Source: Antedon mediterranea (lineage: Eukaryota > Animalia > Echinodermata). Taken from it: a stretch of 64,000 bases of DNA. Of the stretch, positions 1 to 29,892 are shown piece after piece. Position numbers and translations under genes: made by a program. The notes under the pieces are model-generated. The model was not told the origin of the DNA and did not search any database. It saw only the letters and a program-made list of their open reading frames with translations. The stretch spans positions 11,656,001 through 11,720,000 of the forward strand of contig NC_092671.1 of the NCBI RefSeq assembly GCF_964355755.1. Reading direction: 5' to 3'. How positions within the stretch are numbered: position 1 is the stretch's first letter; each line of letters starts with the position of its first letter.

Positions 1-66
1 ATATCGCATAACATATGGTCTAAACACGCATTAAATAGCATGATTAGAAATCCTGTTTGTCATGCA
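1..66 (-). ncRNA. Box H/ACA snoRNA, family A, partial (5' hairpin only), CCT5 intron 9
   Basis: Near-identical to the 5' hairpin of the full copies at 417-551, 1990-2123 and 2455-2589; cut by the window edge. Confidence 0.8.
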
Positions 67-130
67 GTCTCATGATTTTAAAAAATACCTGTAACTATGT
101 ATAAATATAAATTGAATGATGGTGTCTTAC

Positions 131-3100
131 CATTGGTACCACTGTTGAGGCAATCAATACCTAAACGTGGGTTGTTCTCTTTCAGCTGTTTAGATTTCAC
201 CTCCGATAGAGTGCGAATCGGGTGCAGGCCGCTGTTCTCAGCCAGGGCCATTGGAATGCTTTCCAAAGCGTCTGCAAAGGCTCTCATTGCATACTGTTCA
301 ATGCTGGATATCTAAAAAGAATATCAAAATGTGTGCTTACATGTGTATCAATCAATATTACTACTATTAACACTGTCTTACATATTAAATACAGTTCCTA
401 AGATGAGTATCTGTTACAATGTAGCACCATAATCAGTATGCAGGGGCGCACGGTAGGCTGCCCGACAATGGTTCTTGGTGCTTTAATCTTGCATGACATA
501 TGGTCTAAACACACATTAAATAGCATGATTAGAAATCCTGATTGTCATGCATACATATTTGCCAAATACTGTATATTTCTTTAGAATGGTTTGTCTTTGC
601 GAATGAATCAAAGTCCTCTTACATTGTCGGCTCTTTCGCTAACTGCTAGTGCACAGGCAATCTCGGCAGCTCCGCCACCATACACGATATGATTACTACG
701 TACAAGATTACGTGTAACACACAGAGCATCATGCAGCGCTCTTTTAGCTTCTTCAATAATCTGTAAGAAAATAGTACATTATTCATTATAAATTCAATTT
801 GAATAAGATGCAAGATAATTATTTGCAGTAATGTTACAGTCATATCAGTATGCAGGGTCTACAATAAATGACCCGACAATGGTTCAGACTGTTGATTGCT
901 TTAGCATGAACTCTAGCCTGAAAAGTTACAAATTAACCAATCAGGAATTCCGATAGTCATGCAGATTTCTACACACCACATGTATGTTAAAAAAAAAAAG
1001 AAATTATCTCACCATTCTGTTTCCTCCTCTGATAAAGATGGTAACAGCTTTAGTATTTGGACAGTCTTCTATGACAAGCATGTGGTCTTTAGTTGTGCCA
1101 AATGACAACTCTCTTACGATGCCAGCTGTGCCAAGCTTTTCTGCCGTTAACTCTTGGAATCTGGGTACGATCCTTCCACCGGTTGCAATGGCAATTAACT
1201 GCAATTAATATTAATACAAGAGAAACATTATTCATACAATTACGTAAATTGAAACAAGAAATAAGAAAATTCAGAATTGTAACTATTATCACAGTCATAT
1301 CAGTATGCAGGGCCTACAATAAATGACCCGACAATGGTTCAGACTGTTGGTTGCTATAGCATGAACTCTAGCCTGAAAAGTTATAGATTAACCAATCAGG
1401 AATTCCGATAGCCATGCAGAATCTTGATTTACTTTTGTAATAAACTGGAAACATGTAAATTTTACACATATCAAAGTTTATGTGACAACAAAATGTGATG
1501 TGCCCATGTGGATACCACCATATTTGGGTATTTTTTTGTCAAACTAGCTAGTACCATTACGACAACAACAATGCGGTATCACTGATTACCTCAATTTCCG
1601 GTCCTCCAACCCATCGTACAGCAGGTAGTTCATTCTGTAACAGTAAATGATTGGCTTCATCATCAAATCCCCATTGACAGATTGCTAGGTTAGCTCCAGT
1701 GTCCTTCACTTGTTTGATCATCTCTGTAAACTTCTCTTTCTCGTAAGCCTGCAGCTTTTTGTAGTCTTCAACAGACTTAATGTCCAGTTTGTGCGTCGTC
1801 TTTGGTTTCGGTGGCTCAAAAGGACACGTCAAAATGGCCATCTTCGCATCCTTGATTTCCTAAAGTGATAATTCATGCAAAGTTTTATTGCAACTTATTG
1901 AATTTAATATACCTAAGCAAACTTTTCATAACTAGTTTTTAGTATTTTTCAGAGTGATAATTTCACTTGATAAATATTTAAGGTACTTATGATGTAGCAC
2001 CATAATCAGTATGCAGGGGCACACGGTAGGCTGCCCGACAATGGTTCTTGGTGCTTTAATCTTGCATGACATATGGTCTAAACACACATTAAATAGCATG
2101 ATTAGAAATCCTGTTTGTCATGCTAAATAAATATAGCTTAATAACAGGTATCTAAACAACATGAGGTAATGAGGTATGTCTTACTTTTGGCATCTGTGGG
2201 TGGCTGAAATCTTTATCAACTACTACTCCCTTCACCAACATTGTGTCTTCCAGTTTTCCTCCTACTTTGCCGTCAACTTTGATCAGTTCAAAATCAACAT
2301 CTTTTCTTTCAAAGTCTGCGACAGACATGATTGCTTTTACAGCAATTTCTGCCATCTGCTTATGACAACGATTGATACTGTAGGACAGGGACAAAATATA
2401 GTTTAAAGTGAATAATATATTTACTTATTTAAACATTACACAATGAATTGTTAGAAGTGTAGCACCATAATCAGTATGCAGGGACGCACGGTAGGCTGCC
2501 CGACAATGGTTCTTGGTGCTTTAATCTTGCATGACATATGGTCTAAACACACATTAAATAACATGCTTAGAAATCCTGTTTGTCATGCACTTTAAGTGGA
2601 AAATTTATTAACACTAGAATCCCTAGTAAACAAAACGTCCCCACTTCAATATGGGTACTATACGAAGACTCCCATACTTACATTTTAGAACCTAGTGTTG
2701 TCATTGCCACTTTCACTAGTGGTTCTATGTTATCCTTACTAACTTCAAAGCTTTCAGCTATCTTGTCCAGCCTGGCACTGGCAATTTGAGATGCTAATTC
2801 GTAACCATCGGCGATGCGAATCGGGTGAATTCCACGATCTAAAAGTTGCTCAGCTTGTTCAAGTAAAGATCCAGCCAACACTTTAAACATAGGATAACAA
2901 CTTATTAATTGCAAAAAATAATGGCAAAAACAGATGGAGGTGAAATTGAGATAATGTTACTGGAGTTTTTCTTTGTAAAAAAAATCATCCTCACCTACAA
3001 CTCCTGTTGTGCCATCACCAATTTCATCATCTTGTGATTTGGAAAGTTCCACCATCAACTTTGCTATTTGATGCTGTACATCCATTTGTCCAAGAATAGT

Positions 3101-6100
3101 GGCTCCATCGTTTGTGACTGTTACATCACCATCAGGACTAACTATTAATTTGTCCAAACCTAGATATTTAAGAGAAAATACCTGATAATAACCTCTGGTA
3201 AAAAGTAATTTATACTGTAGAAGAAATTTGCTTGATTAATTAACAATGAAAATATTTATTATGAATCAGATCAACTTCTTTCTATTGTTCTCACCATTTG
3301 GTCCAAGTGATGTTTTTAAAGTGTTTGCTACAGCTTTTGCTGCCATGATATGCGACTAAAAAAAACAAAGAGAAAAGTAATCAAGCATAACATTATTTAG
3401 TGCACAGCTGATATACTTTGTAGCCTATGTATGTGGTCAAACCATATCGTTTAAAATTAGAACAGTAAAATACAAGTAACAACGTGCAACATTTAACTTT
3501 TGGGTCGAAACATCCCAATTTGTGGGCCGAAATGTCTCACTTGCCTCACTTTAGACCAAATTCATATTAATTTTTTTTGGTATTTATCAAGTTTTTAAAG
3601 GTGTTTATCAATCAAACCAAAGAATATATATAACAAGAATGAGTATTCCGCGATTTTTCCATGAGAAATTTGTAACAGAGAGCTCCAGAGAGTGATGCCC
3701 GCCCTCATAAGGGCGGATGTATAGAGTACAGAAAGAAAATACTGCAACTTTACCTACGAAGTAGCTTCGTAGATAGAACGTAGGCTACGTTGTTGGCTTC
3801 GTAGGTTCCATTGTTTGGCTTCGTAACCTCAATAAACAACTTTCAATGAGCTACGTTCTGAACTTCGTAGGGAGTTCGTAACCAAAATAAACAACCCTAC
3901 GATGTTCTTAGTGAAGTAAGGTGTGAAATTAATGTGTTAAATTTAATTGGCGGAGGACAAAGTTGTAAATTAATAAAAAATAAATAATATTTTTTAATCG
4001 TAATATTTTCCTTCGTGCGTGTTTACCTACTCAACGGCAAATATAAATTTCCCACGATGTATAACGTAGAGAGAGACACGATCCAACACAGGTGAACCGC
4101 AATGAACAGGCCAACTAATAAACATAATATAGCGAACGTCCCATCCAGAAACGATGCCGAGAAAAAAAGATCGTAAACAATTCATTCTAAATATAGCATC
4201 AGGACGTTCAATCGGTCGTTCAAAAAGACTGCCGACAGAACGACCGTAATTAATACAGACCTAGTTTTTTTTTGGGTCACTTGGCATGAAACGCGATACT
4301 CTCTGCTTACCCGCAATCTCTCACATGTTTTTTTTTTTTAGGGTGGCTACCGTCTGACGACGATAAAACAGTAATTAAGATCGTGTACCTGGATTTTGTG
4401 TCACATGACATGAAACATAATACTCTCTTTAAACTGCTCAGCTCACATGTTTTTTCCCCTCCAAATTCTGGTCGGGCCTTTTTCTTTATACATGTCGTAA
4501 TCATTTTAAAAGGCCTATTTATTTATGTTAAATCTTAATATGGAATATATATTTATTTTGCATATATTTTGTTGGTGTCCTAGCCTAGTTGTCGTTTTTA
4601 TAATTCGCTAACCCAACAAGGTAGGAATAAATAATTTATAGTGTAGGCCGCCGAAACAGGCTAGTTAGGCCTAGCCTAGCCTCGACTCTCTCTACGTGAG
4701 CTGATGTCCACCGGCCCGATGTCGTTTCGTCGGCGGATTTCCGTCCAAATTAGGATAACAAACAATACATCGTAGGCTACAAACAATACATCGTAGGAGA
4801 GAACAATTGCCTACGATGTAGGGCGGCTACAAAAATTGACCTACTATCTTTAGGTAGGATTTTAATTAGCAAACAATACATTGTTTGTTTGCATTGTCCA
4901 TGCCATGCCATGCTTCTACGAACCACCCTACGATCGAGGCGTAGCCTAGATTTCATAACAATACATCGTAGGCTACGAACAATACATCGTAGGTAGGAGA
5001 GAACAATACATCGTAGGCTACGAACAATACATCGTAGGAGAGAACAATACATCGTAGGTAGGAGAGAACAATACATCGTAGGCTACGAACAATACATCGT
5101 AGGAGAGAACAATACATCGTAGGCTACAAACAATACATCGTAGGAGAGAACAATGACCTACGTTCTACCTACGATCTACCTACGAAAGCCTACGCGTAGA
5201 TACGAAGCAGTAATTTCTTTCTGTACTGTACATACTAAATAAGACTTGATTTAATAGATATTGTACATGTCACATTAAATAGAATTATGATAATATATTT
5301 CGCAATTGTAAACTATTTTATAATACATATTTATTAACAAACTAGTGTACATTCACTTACAGACAGTTATTTACTAACATGCTAAATTAGTTCACAAAAA
5401 AGGCCTAACACAGCAACACCAAAATCAACGAATCGTTACTCAGCACGGCCTATTCTTTACCATTGCAGCGTACTACTCTACGCCCGGTAAATTAAGTATT
5501 GTTTTAATGATATAAATTAGTATAAAATACATGTTATTTATAGGATAAAATGTTAAATGTCATTAACATTTATTTGTTTTACCAGAAACAAGTTAAATAT
5601 AGGAATATTATTAAACTATCCTTCGTGAAAATGCGTAAACACCAACACGCCCGGTCACGCTATCGTAGCGCCCGGTTGATAAAGCGAACTGTTTATACGG
5701 CAGTTTTTACTAAATAAATTGCATAAAACGAACAATTAAATATCCAAATAGCATTTAACATGATGTTGGCATGTAGTTGATAACATTTTTTATCATGAAA
5801 ATACTACCGGTGGTCCAGCCCTTGATTAGTGAAACCGTCACAAACAGTTGTATACATCCCAGATACATCCTCACTTATGGCGGCGCCCTACCACATGGAC
5901 AATATTACTGTTACAGGGAAAATCGCGGATTACTCATTCTTGTTATATATATTCTTTGATCAAACCAACTCGTACTCGCTAGCAGTAGCCTATTTTAGGC
6001 TGATAGGAGTCTAGGCCTAGCCTATCTTTTTATTAGGTAGCCTACTAGACTCTAGCTAGCCCTACCTACTCATAATTAGCCATTAGTCTACTCCTAGATA

Positions 6101-6315
6101 AATAAACAATTGCTGGCAGAGGCATGGCCTATACCCTCCTACACTAGCCTAGACCATCAGTCATGGCTGCAGCCCATTATAGGCCTAGCCGTGGGACAGT
6201 TAGCTACCTTGTGTGCATCAATTCCAGATAGTCGTGTTTTGGATTCTTGATCTTTGATGATAATAAACGGTCTGCCATATTCATCAAATGCCAGTGAACC
6301 CATAGATCCACTCAT
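131..6315 (-). CDS. CCT5: T-complex protein 1 subunit epsilon (chaperonin CCT5), coding exons 1-9; last exon lies before position 1
   Basis: GT-AG exons in consistent phase: 6208-6315 ([24 protein letters not shown]), 3295-3355, 2995-3159 ([16 protein letters not shown]), 2682-2880, 2185-2377, 1590-1859 ([25 protein letters not shown]), 1013-1198, 623-760, 131-311. These motifs are diagnostic of CCT5. Confidence 0.97.
417..551 (-). ncRNA. Box H/ACA snoRNA, family A, CCT5 intron 8
   Basis: Minus strand: UGCAUGACA...UGUCAUGCA hairpin, H box AGAUUA, AGCACCA...UGGUGCU hairpin, ACA+3 nt. 3' pocket GAACCAU/CUGAUU is complementary to 18S AAUCAG-UU-AUGGUUC. Confidence 0.92.
829..964 (-). ncRNA. Box H/ACA snoRNA, family B (SNORA15-like 5' pocket), CCT5 intron 7
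   Basis: GCAUGA...UCAUGC hairpin, H box AAAGCA, ACAGUC...GACUGU hairpin, ACA. 5' pocket UAUCGGAAUU/CUAGA matches 18S UCUGG-UU-AAUUCCGAUA; 3' pocket GAACCAU/CUGAU matches AUCAG-UU-AUGGUUC; each 3' pocket arm starts 14 nt before its box. Confidence 0.92.
1284..1418 (-). ncRNA. Box H/ACA snoRNA, family B, CCT5 intron 6 (terminal box AUA variant)
   Basis: Close paralogue of 829-964; H box AUAGCA; terminal box reads AUA instead of ACA; both pockets intact. Confidence 0.88.
1990..2123 (-). ncRNA. Box H/ACA snoRNA, family A, CCT5 intron 5
   Basis: Near-identical to 417-551; H box AGAUUA and ACA box present. Confidence 0.92.
2455..2589 (-). ncRNA. Box H/ACA snoRNA, family A, CCT5 intron 4
   Basis: Near-identical to 417-551; H box AGAUUA and ACA box present. 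Confidence 0.92.
3727..5225. mobile_element. Non-autonomous DNA transposon in CCT5 intron 1 with subterminal CTACG/CGTAG repeats
   Basis: Terminal inverted repeat TACAGAAAGAAAATACTGC / GCAGTAATTTCTTTCTGTA (one mismatch; terminal TA may be the TSD). No transposase ORF. Confidence 0.8.
4757..5160 (+). repeat. Minisatellite ACAATACATCGTAGG(CTACGA/AGAGA) inside the transposon end
   Basis: Many ~20-25 nt units visible directly; explains the spurious ORF 4777-5076. Confidence 0.9.
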
Positions 6316-6819
6316 TTTGGTTTCAAATGTGTTAAATTCTTGAAAGAAATGAGAACAAAGCTATACGATTACAACGGATTTTATACTTCGTTCTTCCAAA
6401 AATCCTTCTAGAATCCTCCACACACACACGACGACCGACCAAACCCCATGCGCGCACTCGGTGCAGTTACGGGTCACTGGGTTTCTAGTTAAGATGGACA
6501 TGCGTACAAAATATTTAAATACAGAACCTTGCTGGTAAAAAAAGTGATATCTTTATTTTTTTTTCCCTATTTCTTTTTATGTAAATTAAAATTATTTTTA
6601 TTGATTGTTTTATATACTAGATTGTAAAAGTAATTGGGATAATTTTTAGATTAATGTTGGTAATTAGAATTTTTTCAGACTGAATAGGTCATATAGAAGT
6701 TACCGTGGGAACCATAGACGCAATTAAATCACTTCCTGTTTCGATTGGTAAACAAACGCTGCTGCCAGAGAGCACACACGGCTTTTATTATTATCCAATT
6801 TTCTACCTTTTCTCGGAAA
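6316..6819. promoter_or_regulatory. Bidirectional promoter region between CCT5 and TEX49-like gene
   Basis: Start codons ~505 bp apart, divergent. HSE-like TTCTAGAA 6406-6413, X-box-like GTTACCGTGGGAAC 6699-6712, ETS ACTTCCTG 6731-6738, inverted CCAAT 6744-6748, forkhead GTAAACA 6748-6754. Confidence 0.7.
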
Positions 6820-7688
6820 ATGTCTTTCTTCAATGTGACTGCTTTGGGCTACCAGGATCCTATTAGAGCTCAAGCTATCAATCCTAATCCAGAATACTCG
6901 TACAGTCTCGTGCATAAAATCCCAGACAATTCATACGTATCGTTTAGGCCACCGACTTCGCGTTTACCACCAATCAACATGGATCAGCATAACAAAGTCG
7001 TTCAACCTGGCGATTATTCAGAACACAAGGGGTCATACGTGGAATACACAAGAAGGCTAACTAAGCATACAAGAACACAAAATGGTATGTATGGCCCGGG
7101 GGTAGGGCCTATGCCTGGGTCTAGAATAGGTTATGTAACAGAATAAAATGTTGTTTGTAAGTCTAGGCCTAGGGCCTATAGAGGCTAGCTAGGCCTAGAG
7201 AGGCTAGCTAGGCCTATTCAATATTATATTCTAGGCCTAGCTTAGGCCTATTCTGATTCTCCATTTTACATTTTTTTTAGCACCAAATGACCTGTATAGA
7301 AATCCTTTAACATCCGCTCAAGGACATGGATGGTGGGATAAAAAAGACAACATAGAAAAACGAGAACCCTGGACACACGTACCCCGACATCGGCATGTTA
7401 ATAGTGAGATGACAAGGTAATTACTAGACTAGGCCTATATTATTATTAATATTATTAATTAATATAATAATAAATAGTTTATAAATTCAATAATTATACA
7501 AAAATTAAAGGTATGAAATAACATTATAACAATAGTATGTAACGCAAGATTAAGTTAAATGTAAACATACCTTTTGAACAAAGGCCTTAATAATAATTTG
7601 TCATGATAAAGTATCATTTTTTTCTGTCTTCTTTTACAGCTTTGTGAATGAAATGGCAATTACCAACAGGGAATTTTCCTTATTTTGA
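6820..7688 (+). CDS. TEX49: TEX49/SPMIP11-like sperm/ciliary microtubule inner protein
   Basis: Exons 6820-7084, 7281-7416, 7640-7688 in phase: MSFFNVTALGYQDP...RLPPI...PNDLYRNPLTSAQGHGWW...EPWTHVPRHRHVNSEMTSFVNEMAITNREFSLF*. Resembles TEX49 as recalled. AATAAA at ~7764. Confidence 0.85.
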
Positions 7689-9572
7689 ATCAAAGGTGCT
7701 GGGTATGCTGCCCTCTGTAATCACAAAAGTAGTTGCCAAAGAATTTTTGTAATCGCTTTTTTCAATAAAAAAAAAAAAAGATTTGTTAAATATTTTTATA
7801 CCCATTTATGCCAGTAACCATAGTTTCCTTGCAAACATTTGTAGTAGTAATAATGCAATGTACAGTATATAGAGTTTCCAAAGTATAGCATTGTAAACTC
7901 ATGTTGAATTAAAAAAAACTAAATATACTAGTAATTATTTTGTTTTTGCATTAATTATGTCTTCGTTAAAGATTATGTCAACTTGGAACCATTTGTGCAT
8001 GAGAGTTTATGTTAACTTTCGAGAAACTGTAAAGATTCAGTGTGCTGAAAGAGGAACCAGTGTGCTGAAAGAGGAACCACTGTTCACGAGTGCTAATGTT
8101 GACATTAAACTGACCGGGGGTCATCCATACTGCATGTATTCATATTTATTGTCCAGAAACATAATTAACACATACAATAAAAAACAACAAGTAAACATGA
8201 TAGATAACAATACAAACCCCTACGACACCATTCTAGCGGATTGTCAAAAAGCAATAAAAAATATCGCTGTAGACAGACCATCCCAATAGTGCTATTGGCA
8301 AAAAAACCATAATTAAGCACGATACAATTCATGGTTTTTAGTTGCATATAGCTCCTTTCATCAGTTCCGAAACATCTTCGACTCGATACAACATAACCCC
8401 GCTTATGATTACCTATTCTGCGGAATTGTGTGCTACTTTGAGTTGACTGCAGCTTTGTTCATATTTGGAATAATTATGTCCACACGGTTGATTTAAGTGT
8501 TAGTTTCTCCCTACAAACCCATTTTAAAAAAACCATTGAAACTTGCTTTACATGCCAATTTATATTTCAACATGAACTGCTATAAATACATACAAAATAT
8601 TTGTACAATCTAAAAAGATATATCACACACTGCTAAAATAAATCACATTAAAACACAATGTAAGTGTCTATAATACAATATATAATCCTATGCATTTTAA
8701 ATGCACTGTATAGCATGACTTTCTTGACACATGATACTTTACATTAGTGCTCGTCACCCTCGTCACCATTGTCATACTGTATATTCAAATACTATCCTCT
8801 AACTTCAGACACCAGACTAATTAAATTTTACTCAATTATAATATATTAACTAAATCTAATACTTTACATTTATAATATATTTGTTCATATGATATAACAT
8901 ACTATTTCTATGAAGTTCTTAAAATATCATTCACATTGTCATAATTATACATTTGTTTTATGTTTATAATTACATTCTCTGCAGACATAATAGCAATTAT
9001 AACACCTTATAAATGTCTTTTTTTATCAGTTGTTTAGAGATATTTAATAAAAAGTATACCTAGTCAATAATTTGGCACAATCTGAGGAATTCTAAAATGG
9101 TGTCTTGTTTGTGTCCTTTTTCACATGTAATATTATCTATTAATAAAATAATGTTCTACCTTTAGATAACTTGTATAAACACACCTGGAATAGCCATAGT
9201 TACCTTATTCACAATGCCTTTAAGGTATATTAATCAAATTGTGACTTATCAACTAAATGACTTAAATAATAAAATGAATGTTTAAAAAAATTAATATTTT
9301 TACTTTTGGAATGTAAACATAAAAAACTGAAAATGTTAAATTTACAGAATATAAAAAAACCAAATATCACAATAATATTATCTTACACACGATATAAAAT
9401 AGTACCAACACACAGACCCTATAATCACACCCCTAAGGACCATGTGATGTACTGAGTTCCCTAACACCATGAATTATTTTGTAGGAAAGCTACTACACAT
9501 TTGGGGTATTCAGTCACTGTGTCCAGGTTAATGTACCATCTATAGAAACAATTTCCAATGTCTGCCTGTTGG

Positions 9573-27981
<18,409 letters not shown>

Positions 27982-28777
27982 CTAAATAAAAAAGAAAAAG
28001 TCTAATCAAGATACTATAAACTTCAAATTTAAAATAAGGAAAAGGAAAAATGTAGTTAAGTCTGATTGCAATCAATATATCTTCCATTATTACTAAAAAT
28101 GAATATATTTAGATTATACTCTATAATAGCGTTAGTATACAATTACGGTACGGTATGTCTATTAGAAATATGTATTTGATTAATAATAAAAAGGGTTAAC
28201 ATTCAATAATATTATTATTTGTGAAAATATTTTTTTTCTACAGAAATGATTTTTATTTAAAAAAACTGCAAAATAGACTATTCAAATGTTTTTAGGGGAC
28301 AACACATCTTTATTAATTGTGCAGTTTCAATTGGTTATTGAAACCAATAATAACACTCCCACGATTGAAGGTACTGTATCATCAGACTGTCAGTTTTGAA
28401 CAATAATGCCTTGTGAGAATGATCAATAGCTTATTTTCAACTAACATTTTAATATTGTCTACAGTGACAATAAACCATTAGTATTATGTGAAGAAACCAA
28501 AATCTCTTTTGTTTACTCAATTCTTCAATAAGCAATGCTAATCAGCATAATGCTACAGACAGGGGATTAGTCAATCACAAATAAATTCCACTCATAAATT
28601 TGTATCCAGCAGCATGAATTCAGAAAGACATCAATCTCATGAGAGAAAGTCAGAAATTAGTATCCTACACCTTTATCCAAATGATTGGCTTTTCCACAAT
28701 TCCACTAATTTAACCAAAATTACATGAGCAGAAAGAAATATACTGCAGTTTCCTATGTTATACTGTTTCAAAATTCT

Positions 28778-29100
28778 TGCGGGGGTTCACTTTTATATTT
28801 TTGAATATGGGGAGATACCACATTTAATGCATGTATTTTGTGGGCCTGGTAGTAGTAGTGTGAGAAAATATGGGAAGGTGCTGTTTTTACGGGGTATATT
28901 TTATGGGCTTGGTAGTATACTGTAGTGTGGCAAAATATGGTGATGGTGACACATTCATTGGGTATATTTCTGAGGACTAATTGGTGGTACAAGTGTGGGA
29001 AATGATGGGGTGAAATTAGTAGTTTAAATCTCTGGCCTATCCTGTGTCACAATTTATCGAACAATTTTAGGGGGGATTTTATCTAAAGGAGTCCTACCTT
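28778..29100. mobile_element. Degenerate remnant of the 31087-33325 DNA element family
   Basis: Shares CAAGTGTGGGAAATGA...GGGTGAAATTAGTAGTTTAA with the reverse complement of 32300-32445. Confidence 0.65.
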
Positions 29101-29685
29101 TGAATCACCCACCGTGAATATTCTTAATAAAGATAAAAAAACTGTATTATATTTACAATTGTTTTTAGTTTTTTATGTATTTGGATCTATTTTTATGCCA
29201 TGCTCCTTGCTTCCTGAATTGACCATAAAGTATAACAATAGTAATATTCAAAGAATAAAACCTTGCCTACTAGAAACAACTGCCTATTTATATCACTTAT
29301 TTTGTTTGTTTAACTACAATCAGGGTATTACTGCAGACGTTACTAAATAACAGAAATGGTTGTTCTATCTACAGTATCAACACTATGGGCCATGGCCACT
29401 TATTATAATAATATGACATTGACTTGATAAATAGATAGATAAATTATACATATAAAATTTGTATTGGCTTAATAAATAACATTCACAACAAAAAATGCAT
29501 TCATTTACCTATACAGCAAGAAGAGATCGAGGCCTACCGTATGCCTGTAATATGCCTTTTCATTTATTGTTTTATGATAATAACTACTGTATACTAGCGA
29601 AAAAGGCCTACCCACATGTAATTTGTAGCTTAATGCTTATCCAACAAAGCAGCACTTATCAAAGGTCACATCACATATTACTTAC

Positions 29686-29892
29686 ATCATCCTCAACTTC
29701 TAATATTGATATCTCTTTTTTAAATGTACCCCCTCCTGATCTCTCTCGCTTGACCCTATGCACAGATGATCGTTGTTGACCTACAGTTTCTTCTATAACT
29801 GGAACAACAATTTGCACATCAGTATCCATACTGTTGTCATCTACTTGAGTGTAGCTACTAGTGCTACCAGCATTTCTAACAGATTTCCTCAT
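29686..29892 (-). CDS. TRPM2: Candidate TRPM2 N-terminal exon 1a (MRKSVRNAG...EVEDD)
   Basis: ATG-initiated ORF ending at a phase-0 GTAAGT donor, compatible with the phase-0 acceptor at 27981. Confidence 0.7.

Noticed and set aside
417-2589. Repeats in CCT5 introns as MITEs, SINEs or a CRISPR-like array
   Set aside because: No TIR/TSD, A/B boxes or repeat-spacer layout; one per intron, sense orientation, H/ACA boxes and rRNA complementarity fit snoRNAs.
4777-5076. 99-aa repetitive ORF (LRCIVRS repeats)
   Set aside because: Translation of a minisatellite inside a transposon.
8345-8385. CTGATGA (minus) near CGAAAC (plus) as a hammerhead
   Set aside because: The two core halves are on opposite strands, so no hammerhead can form.
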